Source: Ostrea edulis (Eukaryota). From it: a stretch of 64,000 nucleotides of DNA. The stretch is from positions 104,222,001-104,286,000 of the forward strand of contig NC_079165.1 in NCBI RefSeq assembly GCF_947568905.1, read 5' to 3'. Shown here in pieces: positions 1-11,692 of this stretch (position 1 is its first letter; each line of letters opens with the position of its first letter). A program made the position numbers and the translations under genes. The notes under the pieces are model-generated. The model searched no databases, was not told the DNA's origin, and worked only from the letters and a program-made list of their open reading frames with translations.

Positions 1-63
1 GTATGCTGTAACAATACTCTATTCATTCAATATGTTCCTAACTGTTTTTTACATTTTGTACAG

Positions 64-120
64 AATTTGGATGGGTCACTTGGATTAGCCAAGTGTCACA
101 TAACACCCTTGACAGCACAG
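64..120 (+). CDS. Candidate 57-nt in-frame (cassette?) exon of the ODF2-like gene
   Basis: gtacag|AAT..CAG|gtaaac; window starts with gtatgc (possible donor of a 63-nt intron); open in phase 0 (NLDGSLGLAKCHITPLTAQ) but not recognisably ODF2. Confidence 0.4.
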
Positions 121-494
121 GTAAACAATAGAAATTATAGAGGCCACTTGTGTTTTTCACACCTTCAGTTGATAATTCCCCACCTGGCTGGTTAGTCAGT
201 CAGTTTGCACACCTGGCCTATCTTGATCACCCTCTGACCAAAATTTTCTTGTCTTCAAAAAGTGGCCAGTATTATAAGGGTAAATTGCATATGTTTGTTA
301 ACAAATGTACTTTAAAAAGTGGCCGATGTCCGGTTTTCAGGGGTGGCCAGTTTTGTAAGACTTTCTTTGCAAGGAAATGTTAAGATTTCTGCCGGGACTT
401 TGAAAATTGGCTGATATTCAGGGAGAACCGGTTTTCTGAGGGGCCGGTTAAGAGAAGTTTCACTGTATCTTTATCATTTTATTTTTACAAACAG

Positions 495-608
495 CTTCGC
501 TTAGAAGAAAAGTCAAGAGAAAATGCTAGTCTTACTCGCCAGTTAGAGAATGCCTTGTCAGACATACGTCGCCAAACAGAACAGACAAGAGATAAAGCTC
601 TCCAAAAG
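495..608 (+). CDS. ODF2: ODF2/cenexin-like coiled-coil protein, internal exon (gene starts upstream of window)
   Basis: acag|CTT..AAG|gttcat, 114 nt, phase 0; LRLEEKSRENASLTRQLENALSDIRRQTEQTRDKALQK matches the ODF2 C-terminal LRLEEKTRE..LARQLE region. Confidence 0.9.
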
Positions 609-736
609 GTTCATTTCTCATTTAATCCCACAGTAATGCGCAGTCAATGAGTTGATAATCACAATCATTGGAGTTATATACTGCCACATACTGGATGTAG
701 TTGTATGCAAAATAAGATCTCCATTATGTTTTTCAG

Positions 737-829
737 GAGAGAACATACCAAACTCGAATCACTGACTTGGAGTCGCAAATGAGTCAGTGTCGTGCTGAAA
801 TTGCTCGTCTAAAACGAGAAAAGGAGGAG
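737..829 (+). CDS. ODF2: ODF2-like, penultimate coding exon
   Basis: ttcag|GAG..GAG|gtaact, 93 nt, phase 0; ERTYQTRITDLESQMSQCRAEIARLKREKEE. Confidence 0.9.
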
Positions 830-931
830 GTAACTCTACCTTTCATTGTTTAGAGTCAAAATACATGTAGAAAGTTTAATAGCTCCTAAAGCAATCTGTT
901 GTTAACATTAACCCATTACTTTTCTTTTTAG

Positions 932-1117
932 AACGAGAGAAAATTTAACTCCAGATTATATGACCTCAAAGATCGACTAGAACAATCCCACAGTACAAAC
1001 CGCAGCATGCAGAACTATGTTCAGTTCCTGAAGAATTCCTATGCCAATGTGTTTGGGGACAGTAGTACAGTCTCATACCCCTCAACCCCTCTAAACTCAG
1101 GACCCCCCCAATTCTAG
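932..1117 (+). CDS. ODF2: ODF2-like, last coding exon
   Basis: tttag|AAC..TAG; contains SRLYDLKDRLEQSHSTNRSMQNYVQFLKNSYANVFGD, nearly identical to the vertebrate ODF2 C-terminus; AATAAA at ~1858. Confidence 0.93.
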   Translation, partial: NERKFNSRLYDLKDRLEQSHSTNRSMQNYVQFLKNSYANVFGDSSTVSYPSTPLNSGPPQF

Positions 1118-1914
1118 TATTCCTTGCCTTTCCTTAGTAAATATTAAATTCTTCATATACATTGTACATGTAACTTATAGGTTTAAAAACAATTAATCTT
1201 TACATATTTTTTATGAGAATTTTTAAGATATGAATTTTTTTTAGGAAACAAGTAAATCATGAACAAATCCTTTGTGTACACTCCTGCAGCATTTACTTGT
1301 TTAGAGGAAGATTATATTAAGTTGAATATCAAGTACTAAGTTATTTTTAGTTACTTTTTTATGCAGTGTCTGTGATATATTTTGTATTGTTTATTTTTAA
1401 TTATTTGCCGTCCTTTTTACTTAGAAAAGGGTGCTTTTCAGAAATTCCAAGAAGTATTTATACGTACACGATACCAGTTTTAGACTTCATTAATAGTGCT
1501 AACTAGATCATGACCCATTCTCATGTATTGTAAAGATACCGAACATCATACAATCAAATGGTTTTTCTATTTTGAAAATTCAAGCACTTTGTTAGGCACA
1601 TTCTATTTATGTGTATTGGGAAATTTGAATGATTTTTTGTATATTTTTAATTTTATGAATTTGAATATGAAATGAGGAGTTTGGCAATCTCATACAAGTC
1701 TTACTTCCTGAATATTTCTCTGTTAAGAAACACAATAGATCTAACATCATGTAACAAACTGCCACACTCATCAATTCATTCCATTTTCACAGTCAAAGAG
1801 CATTTATATTGTAATGTACAATTTGTATAACTTTGTAATGTAACAAAGTGAAACAGCAATAAAATGGTCAAATTAATTTCAAAGTTCACTTTAGTTTTGA
1901 AATTCTCTGTTATG

Positions 1915-2850
1915 CAGATTCCTTTATATGCCCCTGTAGCTATTGTTTTTGTCTTGTCTGTCTGTCCGAAACTTTAACCTGGCTCACAACTTTTGAAAGG
2001 ACTTTCATATGTACATTCCTTGTGACAAGAACTTTCTATTGGTACCAAAGTTTTGACCTTGTTACCTTGGAAATTGCCCTACTTAAAGAAAAACTAGTTT
2101 AAGCCATATCTTCTGAGTTGTATAAGGTAAGGATTTCATATTTTGTATACCGTGTATACTCGTCTATAAGTCGGATTTTTGGGAGTTAAAAATTGGTCCA
2201 AAACTATACACCGGACTTATAGGCAAGTCGTACAAAGATTAGCATTTCTCTGGACAGCGTAATATATAGCATTTTTCAAACAACTTTTTACTCCAACGAT
2301 TACTGATCACTGATTAACATTGACTGGACATATTATATTATTCATGTATTCCAGGATTATATACATAAAGTACAAGTATTTACATATTTTAATGATTTTA
2401 TATTATTGAAATTGATTTCTTGAGAAAATTAATAATTATCAGCACATTTCACAAAAATACTATTTGAAACAGAGTTGAAAACGTTAGAGCATTGATTTGA
2501 AATTGTCAACCGATTCTTGAAAAAAAGTTATACCGACTTATAAGTGGGTCAATGGCAAATCCCTCCAAAATGGCCAACAAAATATACAACCGACTTGCAG
2601 GCGAACCAACCTATAGGCGAGTATATACGGTATAGATTCCTATAACTAGACCTGTCATTTGATATCATGATCTTTTGACTTTGTGACCCTGACCACAGAA
2701 TTTGACCTAATTTCAAAACTTGTTGTATTCATAACTTTTGAATGGCGAGTGATAGGAGTGTCATATATTGTGTGTGCATTCCCTCCGACAAGACCTCTCT
2801 TTTGGTACCAAAGTGTTGGCCTTGTTTATTGTTGCCATTGGGGTGGCATA
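1915..2850 (+). mobile_element. HINE/Helentron-like non-autonomous element with satellite-like units, interrupted by a MITE
   Basis: tttatatgcccc start, GTCT microsatellite, units with ccttgtgacaag..ggtaccaaag..tgaccttg; related to 21600-22010. Confidence 0.6.
2150..2630. mobile_element. Tc1/mariner-type MITE (TA target)
   Basis: TA|CCGTGTATACTCGTCTATAAG ... CTATAGGCGAGTATATACGG|TA; splits the host repeat, which resumes at 2633. Confidence 0.8.
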
Positions 2851-3360
2851 GTATTTAAACTATATTCAAAGAAGAGGGGCATATTGGTTTGCACCTGTCG
2901 GTCGGTCGGTAGACCACATGTTGTCCACTCAATATCTTCAGAACCATTCACTTGATCGTAATATTTCATATGTGGGTTGGTTATGAAAAGAAGAGGACCC
3001 CAATTGTTTTTCAGGTCAAAAGGTTAAAGGCCAAGGGTCAGCCTACTCTGGACATAGGAATATACTGTCCGCTCAATATCTTGAGAACCCTTTGCTTTGA
3101 CAGACATCAAACTTGGTACACTGGTACATCTTAAAGGAAACAACGCATGTTTCTAAACTTTTTCATTTTTTCAGCAAAATTAACTCTTTTTATGCCTAAA
3201 ACTAATTTAAATGTGTTTTAAATGAAATATTTTGCGTAGTTTTCGAGTTTGAAAGCGATGAAATTCAAATCTTGCGATATGCATATTTTCTTTCGCTAGT
3301 TTACGCGCCATTTTGTGTGACGTCATATGCGCCCTCGGGTTTGAAATTTCATAAACAGAT

Positions 3361-3463
3361 CACAGGGGCTCGTCACGAAATTTTTGTCTTAATAAAATTT
3401 GACATCGTCTATTCTATGTGTAAATATAGAATAGAGAGGGTCAATTCGTGACAAGCCCCTGTG
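3361..3463. mobile_element. 103-bp MITE with CACAGGGG termini and 7-bp TSD (P-element-like)
   Basis: AACAGAT|cacaggggctcgtcacgaa ... ttcgtgacaagcccctgtg|AACAGAT; second copy at 53092. Confidence 0.85.
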
Positions 3464-3859
3464 AACAGATTAGATTTAATCGACAAAAAACCAATTGTCA
3501 CGTTAACGGCTTGTAAATAATAATGCATTAAGATGTTTTGTGCCGTGCTCGGGTGTACTAGTTGTCGGTAGAAAGGATTTAGACTGAGTATTTTTCAATT
3601 TTTCGAAGGAAGGTACGAGAAAAAAGACGTGGATAATTTTTTTGTTGGAGCAAGAACTTTACCTTAAAAAACACACCCAGTCACCTTTTCAAACATTGCT
3701 TGGACAGAGACCCTGATAAACTGCGAGAAAATGGATATATCGAAGCTATAAGCACTGGTAGGCCTATAGCATACATTCTGTTTTGCTCTTCAAATTCAAT
3801 ACACATTCGGATCAACTGACCTTCACCTTGTAACAACATATATCGACGATACAATGTAA

Positions 3860-3977
3860 CCAATCTAATTAAAATTAGATCTTTGATCCGCTCATGCAAT
3901 CGCTACACATGCTACTCATGCTATCTTTGTGTAGCGATTGCATGAGCGGATCAAAGATCTAATTTTAATTAGATTGG
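3860..3977. repeat. Perfect 50-bp inverted repeat with 18-nt spacer
   Basis: 3860-3909 is the exact reverse complement of 3928-3977. Confidence 0.95.
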
Positions 3978-5044
3978 CACTGGTGGCGAACACATATAAA
4001 ACTCGGACAATTTATCAACATCGATTTAAATGTTGCCCATGGTAAATTAATTAGGCCCCTAAAAGTTGAGTTTTTAATAATATCTCGCAGTACTTTCACA
4101 ATGAAATCGGGGCTTAGATTTAAGTCTGTATTGTGGTTAATTATCGCAAAATTTCGGCGAACGAACTATTAGAATTAATTACTATAAGCATAAAGAAGAC
4201 AAAATGCATGTAATATTGTATAATTTGAAAACATGAGATATGTCCTTTAAGGAGTAGATGACCCCTATAGATTTTGAGGTCACATGGTCAAGGGTCAAAC
4301 TGGACATAGGAATATATTGACCACTCAATGTATCAAGAATCCTTTGCTTGACAAACATCAAACTGGGTACACTGGTATATCTTTAAAAGATGACCCCTAT
4401 TGATTTTGAGGTCACATGGTCAAAGGTCAAGGGTCAAACTGGACATTGGAATATACTGTCCGCTCAATATCTGGTACATCTTCAGGAGAAGATGACTCCT
4501 ATTGATTTTGAGGTCACATGGTCAAGGGTCAAACTGGACATAGGAATATACTTTACATTCAATATCTTTAGAACCCTTTGCTTGACAGACATCAAACTTG
4601 GTACACTGGTATATCTTTAGAAGAAGATGCCCCTTGTTGAATTTGAGGTCACATGGTCAAAGGTCAAACTGGACATTGGAATATACTATCTGTTCAATAT
4701 CTTGAGAACCCTTTGCTTGACAGACATCAAACTTGGTACACTGGTACATCATCAGAAGATGACGCCTATTGATTTTGAGGTCACGTAGTCAAGGGTCAAA
4801 CTGGACATAGAAATATACTGTCCGTTCAATATCTTGAGAACCCTTTGCTTGACAGATATCAAACATGGTACACTGGTACATCATCAGGAGAAGATGACAT
4901 CTATTGATTTTGAGGTCACATAGTCAAAGGTCAAGGGTTGAACTGGACATAGGAATATACTTTCCGCTCAATATCTTGAGAACCCTTAGCTTGACAGACA
5001 TCAAACTTGGTACACTGGTACATCTTTAGGAGAAGACGACCCCT

Positions 5045-5479
5045 CAAACTCCTCGTCGAGGCCTCATTACGTCACAGTGCCTACGAATAGACCTCTCCTA
5101 TGTGACGCACCACAATATACAGATTTGTATATTGTGAGTCCGCGATTATCACGCAGACAAATTACACTAAAGAAGTAGTTCGCAGTTAAAAGTCTGAAGA
5201 TATTAATATTAAAAGCATTAATATAAAAGTATGGATTTTATTTTAAACATAAAATGATCAAAAGATCATTAAAAAGTAGGGATACTCTGTTCAAATTATT
5301 GTGTAAAGTAATGAATTTGATGTTTACGTTCTTGTTTTGAAAGTTGGTTACGTTTGACGTTATGTTTTTTCGTCATTCTACAGTGACGTCACAGTATACG
5401 CGGCCTAAGAAATCGCTATCCCATAATGCCTAAGTGGAAGAGTTTGGTTTGTGAGCAAACGAACTCTGGTGGAAGTTTG
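5045..5479. mobile_element. 435-bp non-autonomous DNA transposon with 10-bp TSD (MULE/AcademH-like, class uncertain)
   Basis: GACGACCCCT|CAAACT ... AGTTTG|GACGACCCCT within a satellite unit. Confidence 0.8.
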
Positions 5480-6960
5480 GACGACCCCTATTGATTGTCA
5501 GATCACATGGTCAAGGGTCAAACTGGACATTGGAATCTACTGTCCGCTCAATATCTTGAGAACCTTTTGCTTGACAGACATCAAACTTGGTACACTGGTA
5601 CATCTTCAGGAGAAGACGACCCCTATTGATTGTCAGATCAGATGGTCAAGGGTCAAACTAAACATTGGAATCTACTGTCCGCTCAATATCTTAAGAACCC
5701 TTTGCTTGACAGACATCAAACTTGGTACACTGGTACATCTTCAGGAGAAGACGACCCCTATTGATTTTCAGATCACATGGTTAAAGGTCAATGGTCAAAC
5801 TGGACATTGGAATATACTGTCTGCTCAATATCTTGAGAACCCTTTCCTTGACAGACATTAAACTTGGTACACTGGTACATCATCAGGAGAATACTTGTTC
5901 ATTGTACTGCACCAATCGTTTGACCTTTTGCATTTCTTGTTCTATAAATCAAAGGTCGAGAAAAGTGGAATACATAATTTGCGAACATTTATTTTTAAAT
6001 TTCAAAGATTCAATTTCATTCTGAAGTTGAATATGTTCTTGTACAATAAGGAATATACAGAACCAGTATTCCTGAAGTGTAAGGGACATGTAACATTTGT
6101 GTCGAAAGTTCCAACAGTTTGTCTAGCTGTACATGTCTGAAATAAACTGTACAGCCAGTCGCAAAACTACTTGTACACTAAAAATGAATTAAAAATTTAA
6201 GACTAGTCAGCTTTTCAGTATTGTGCTCAACTGAATTTTCTAGCTGGCTGTGTGGGGAACTTTTTATGTTTTGTTACTTTGCCTGATCTATAACTTAGTA
6301 CGAACTCTTTGCTTCTCTTGTAATTCTGATATAAACACAATTAACACCTTGGTTATACTGGTCAATATTGGTTGGGCTTTTGTCTTGCAAGAACATGTAT
6401 ACATGTCAAAGATCTACAGGCTGCAAAACTTCATGACTGATGAAAATGTGACACCTGTAAAGAACAGATTAGTTCAGCAATCTGTGTGTGTGTGAATAGG
6501 AATGAGTATTTTAGTGCCTTTGGGAGTGATGGAAGAGCACTAATTAATGATTTGCATTAAATTATGAAATACTTTAATTATCCATTAATTCACCATTTGG
6601 TAGTTCATGAACATGCCAAAAATAAGCATTACTTTAGCTAATTGTTCAATAGACTTTAAATACTGGTTCCAATACATTTGGAGGGCATAAATGATTTTCA
6701 CAGTATGCAATTTTGAGAATACGTAAATTCATATGAAGCTAACCTTATCCCTAATTAGTAAAACCTACTATGTATGTATGTTTATTGCTCAATTTTTGCA
6801 TCCACAAAACCATAGGATTTGGTGTTCATCATATAATGATGAAACCACAGGATGTACAAACGAGGTATTCTTATCTTTACTAAATGTAAGACAATCACAA
6901 AGTCACTTTTAAGTCAATTTATTACTCCATATTACAATCGCACATGAGCAATTGATCAAA

Positions 6961-7253
6961 TACTGTGAAATCATTAAATTTCGTGGGAATTCAATTTTTG
7001 TGGGTACCCATCTCCAACAAATTTCAAACCACAAAGAAATACATGTTTCAGTGCACAGAAACCATAACCTCAAAATTACATTTCAACAGAACTGAAAATT
7101 AAACATTTATTACCTTCCCTCTCACAAATTACATTTCAACGGAACTGAAAATTAAACATTTATTACCCTCCCTCTCACATATTACATTTCAACAGAACTG
7201 AAAATTAAACATTTATTACCCTCCCTCTCACAAATTCAAATGATTCCACAGTA
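6961..7253. mobile_element. Tc1/mariner-type MITE containing three ~55-bp tandem units
   Basis: TACTGTGAAATCATT ... AATGATTCCACAGTA; internal repeat attacatttcaacagaactgaaaattaaacatttattacc. Confidence 0.7.
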
Positions 7254-9789
7254 CCAAACTAGTAAAGCCACAACAGTGAAAATGAAACCTGGTAGAACAC
7301 ACTACTTTCACTTTGACATACGCATTTAAATTAAGAGGGAGCGATACACAACCAGTACAAAACCAGACAGGAGGTGCAAGACCGACTCTAGATTGTACAC
7401 TGTACAAACCATCCTTTGGGTCACTACACTAACCTTTTGTGACTGGAGTGAAGATGAAGGAATGAAAAAATCTCGCTCAACAACTTAGATGGAGATAAAT
7501 ATTCAAATAAGATTCATTCAAAGAATGGTTCTCTTGGCCAAGATTTCCATCAAAATAATATAAATAGGAAATTCACAACTTTCATGTTATTATTGCGTGA
7601 TCATTGTAAAAATATTCTGAAACAATATACTGTCACCTAAATCTTGAGTAAGAAATAAGAGATGGCATGTATATAAATAATTGGTCAAATATTACATCTA
7701 AACTGTTCAAATTATCACAAAAGACAAAATACTGAATATGTTAGAGCAAAAATGAGAAGAATTTACCATGCATGAACTGCATACAGTATTCGACCCTAAT
7801 ACCCATCTATCAGCCAGAGACCGACCCATTATCTAGAGGACAGATAAACTTAACAACATATAGCCTGTCTGTTGTGCCTAGAAAGAAATTGTTTGGTTGC
7901 CTTCACCCATAATAGATCAGGTTAAAAAGTAAATAGATATGGCTTCAAATTTCCTGAGAAAATTGTCTTGTGAATGAGCTAGGAGGCCTATACTCAAGAT
8001 GCCTGCCTTGTTGAGTCACCAAAGGACATACAAATCTGGTTCAGGACCAGTAATTTTGAATGGTTACTGGTCCAAGGGACCAGTGAGTTAAATGCTATAC
8101 TGTGAACACTGACTGTACAGCAAACAATCAGATTTGAAAAATACTGAACATTTCTTTGTTACTCTACTGATTTTCAAGATTCCTTTATCTTTGAAACCTG
8201 TTCATAGAAATTTTTCCTTGTGGTATTTTTGCCTAAACTCTACAATTTCCCACATTTTATATTCATCCTATTCTGCATTCACCCGTTTGGAGCTATGTTA
8301 TAGTCTAACCTTTGCCCAATTTCAAGGTGATTGCAAGGTGTTATGTAACATATCAAAGGAAGTTTTCTAAATGCTATATGTACATGTAAATTGAATAGAG
8401 TCAGCACTATCATCTTAACTGACATATTGTGACAATTTTCGCTGAAAAATCCTAATTTCCACAAGCAAATTTCTAACATACAAAAAGAAATAGATTTTAA
8501 TGGATTGTAAGCACATATATAAAAGGACAGGTAACCTAAGTTTATAAACAACATATGTATAAGTCAGATTAATTCAATGACCTATTTAGTTTTTATTGTT
8601 CTAGTAATTGCCTCAACCACCCTTACTTTGTAGTGTCTGTGAACAAGTGAAAAAACCAGAAATGGATTTTGCATCACAATATATTTTCAAGTCTAAACAA
8701 AACTCAAAACACATCTGCCTCATACAATGTATCACTCCATACGCAAATTGTTTTAGGAAAAATATACTAAAATGGAATGAAAACTAAAAGTTCAAAAAAA
8801 AGTTCCTCAAATACAACCTAGCTTATATATTAATTTTTGGTGTAAAAAGGAATGTGTATCATCAATGCTCAATATGTTTCCTTTCAGTAATGCCATTATA
8901 GCTAACATTTCAATATGAAATATAATTCTTTGTGTCCAGAGAAAATATCAATACAATTATGGGTTAGAAAAATATTATAAAAATAGTACAAAAATTCATT
9001 AGACTACTGTAAAAATGAAACATACAATGCCAAAGAAAAGCATCTACACTGCAATATTGACATGAAAGGTTACTGATCAAAACAAGAAATATACTGACCC
9101 GAATCCATGATAGGGTATGGTATGTCTCTATTGTCATGGGGAGTTTAAATGTTGTGGCTACACAACAGAGTATGATTTATGTATATCAATAGTAAACACT
9201 ATAAGATGACGTTAGACATACAGCAATAAGAGATAGAACTACTACCCTGACAGTGTCACTATCTGTTGTCCATTAATATTAACTAATTGTAACAAACAAA
9301 GGTCATGATTTTGTATACAAACATTAAATTAAATGTTTAATGTACATAATGTGACAAACAACTCATTTTGGGAAATAAAACAGTTTCATTGAAGTTTTTG
9401 TAAAACAGTTGCATTGAAATTTTCAAATTCATAAAACAAACTGTTGGTACTACTATTCATGAAAAATATACAGACATATCACATATGAACTATTTCCCTG
9501 TGTAGAAAATTATATGTAGAATAAAAAAATAAACATACATCGGTAGAAACAATCAATTAAAGTGTTGGTACAATAATTTTCTCTAACTGCTATACACCCC
9601 CCCCCCCCCCCAATCAAAACATAAAAAAATAACAAAAAATCTTTCCTAAATTTTCATAAAATATTAGATTGACAGTTACACTGCTTAGAAACCTGTATAA
9701 AGTCTAAGCTTGACTAGTACAGTACTGAAATATAAAGCACCACTCACAACAGGGTACATGATACACCCATCTACAACTACATGTATATC

Positions 9790-11025
9790 TATGTTTGCAT
9801 GCTTGAAATCACAAGCTTTGACACTGCCAATTGAATCAAAATATGAGGCACAGTTGCCTACTTTTCAAAATGAGGCCACAGTGACCAAATTTTAGTTCAT
9901 GACACACCTTTTCCCCCAAAGATGCATCAAATGACTAAGTTTGATAGTCTTAGGCATCACAGTGCAAAGGATATGATCTGGACATGATTTGAGTATATTT
10001 AAGAAATGAATAGCACTTTTGAACAGTTCATGGTCAGTATGAACGGATTTGAATTTGAGGCAAATTCTGTGAATCGCACTAGCTATTCACAGAGAATTTG
10101 CCTCAAATCCAAATCCATTCATATTGACCACAAACAGCTCTAAAGTGCTATTCATTTCTTATATTTATATTCATTTACTAAATCACTGTTTGTTTACATT
10201 GCTTTTTTGTTGTTGCATAAAACGAACTTCTAGTCATAGTCGTATTGTGACGTACGTCAACACAGACATGATGTCACACTTTGTCTCACCCTGCCTTTTA
10301 TCAACATTGCACGGTGCACTGTATTTTGGAGCTAGGAGACCGCAATATTGGGATGATAATCCACATAAGTTCACAATCTTAATCCGAGGTGTGACTTGCG
10401 AGATCTTTGTAACACATGTTGTATTTTTTCTAATCATTACGCTTTCTCAGTCACATACTTTAAACTAGTTCATAATCCGTTCATAGTCAATATCAACGGA
10501 TTGTGTCGCGCACTGAAATTGGTAAGTTCATAGAGGAAAATGTGATTTGTAATATAAATATACAGCTATAAAATTCCCAAAGGAGACCACAATGACCTAT
10601 ATCTGGTTTGTAACACACCTTCCTTCCAATTTGCATCAACTGACCTGGTTTGATAGTCCTAGGCCTCAGATATAATGAGAACATGATTTGTATATGTATA
10701 ACCATAAAATTCCAGAAAGAGGCCACAGTAACCTACTTTTGGTTCAAGACACACCTTCCCCACAAAATACATCAACTGACCAAATTTGAAGGTCCTACAC
10801 CTCACAGTGTGTAAAATATGATCTGGACATGGTTTCAATATCTAAAACTATAAAATTCCAGAAGGAGGCCACAGTTACCCCCCCCCCCCCCCACACACAC
10901 ACACAAAGCTGCATCAACTGACTGTGAAGTGTGTTAGGCCTCATCACCTGAACATGATCAAGCTACCAGACGGACAGGAAACTCTTTACCATCATATGTC
11001 CTGTCAAAAAAGAGGCGTATAAAAA
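9790..11025 (-). mobile_element. HINE-like element with ~140-bp units, interrupted at ~10001-10490
   Basis: repeated gaggccacagtgacc..gacacaccttc..gatctggacatg; right end gacggacag..gaggcgtataaaaa is the reverse of a tttttatacgcc start. Confidence 0.65.
10001..10160. mobile_element. 160-bp palindromic MITE
   Basis: aagaaatgaatagcacttt ... aaagtgctattcatttctt, pairing continues inward; flanked by ATATTT on both sides. Confidence 0.7.
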
Positions 11026-11296
11026 TGACAAAACATCTATTTTTATTCACTGGTCTATAAATCTTACTAATAAAAAAAGAATATTGAACAGGTTTTCCTT
11101 CACGAAGTTTATCCAATGCAAGTTAAAAAAAGAAACTTGCACTCAAATTTTTTTTTACTCGACTGTGATATCAGTACTATAAAGGCATAGGTCCCCTCAA
11201 CAAGAATTAAGACTTTCCCTATTATCACAGATATTAGAGCGCCATAAGCCATCACAGCCATCTGAATATCATATCAAGAAACAATCCAATGTTAAT

Positions 11297-11692
11297 TAGT
11301 GTTGAAAAATCAGGAAAAATTAGGAAAATTTCATAATCGATAATCAGTCATAATCGAAAGAACTGTTCAATCAATGATTGATATAATCGGTATTTACATG
11401 TAGTTAATAATGTTTATTATTTTTGGAGTTATTTCTATTTATTTTCATGGATCTGTGCAGTATACACACTAGCTGGTGTTACTGAATTCCCAATTTTCAA
11501 TGTGGAGTCCACTCTGACTCTCCCCCGCACATGTCTCAATATAAAAGCGGGAGTAACAGTCAGATGAATCTCGGATTAGATATTAATTAGTGTACAGGCG
11601 ACAATCGATTATGAAAAATAGAATCGATAATCAGAATCGAAGAGCTAAAAATGATCGACAATCGATTGTCGGCGACAGTCGTTTCATCACTA
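11297..11692. mobile_element. hAT-type MITE
   Basis: 8-bp TSD ATGTTAAT|TAGTGTTGAAA ... TTTCATCACTA|ATGTTAAT; many (T)AATCG subterminal motifs. Confidence 0.85.

Larger units (their letters stand above)
3135..4246. mobile_element. Non-autonomous TTAA-target DNA transposon (Kolobok-like)
   Basis: TTAA|AGGAAACAACGCATGTTT ... AAACATGAGATATGTCCT|TTAA; removal restores the host unit ctggtacatcttaaggagtagatgacccc. Confidence 0.8.
2875..5950 (+). repeat. HINE-like element with ~10 tandem 135/142-bp satellite units, twice interrupted by younger insertions
   Basis: GTCG microsatellite at ~2906; unit gaagatgacccctattgattttgaggtcacatggtcaa..aacttggtacactggtacatc; 45-aa periodicity in ORF 5451..5861 equals 135 bp. 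Confidence 0.85.

Noticed and set aside
3681-3899. 72-aa ORF in the TTAA element as a transposase remnant
   Set aside because: No DDE, THAP or zinc-finger motif; partly overlaps the palindrome
4390-6024. ORFs with TPIDFEVTWSRVKLDIG repeats
   Set aside because: Translation of the 135-bp satellite; frames break between units
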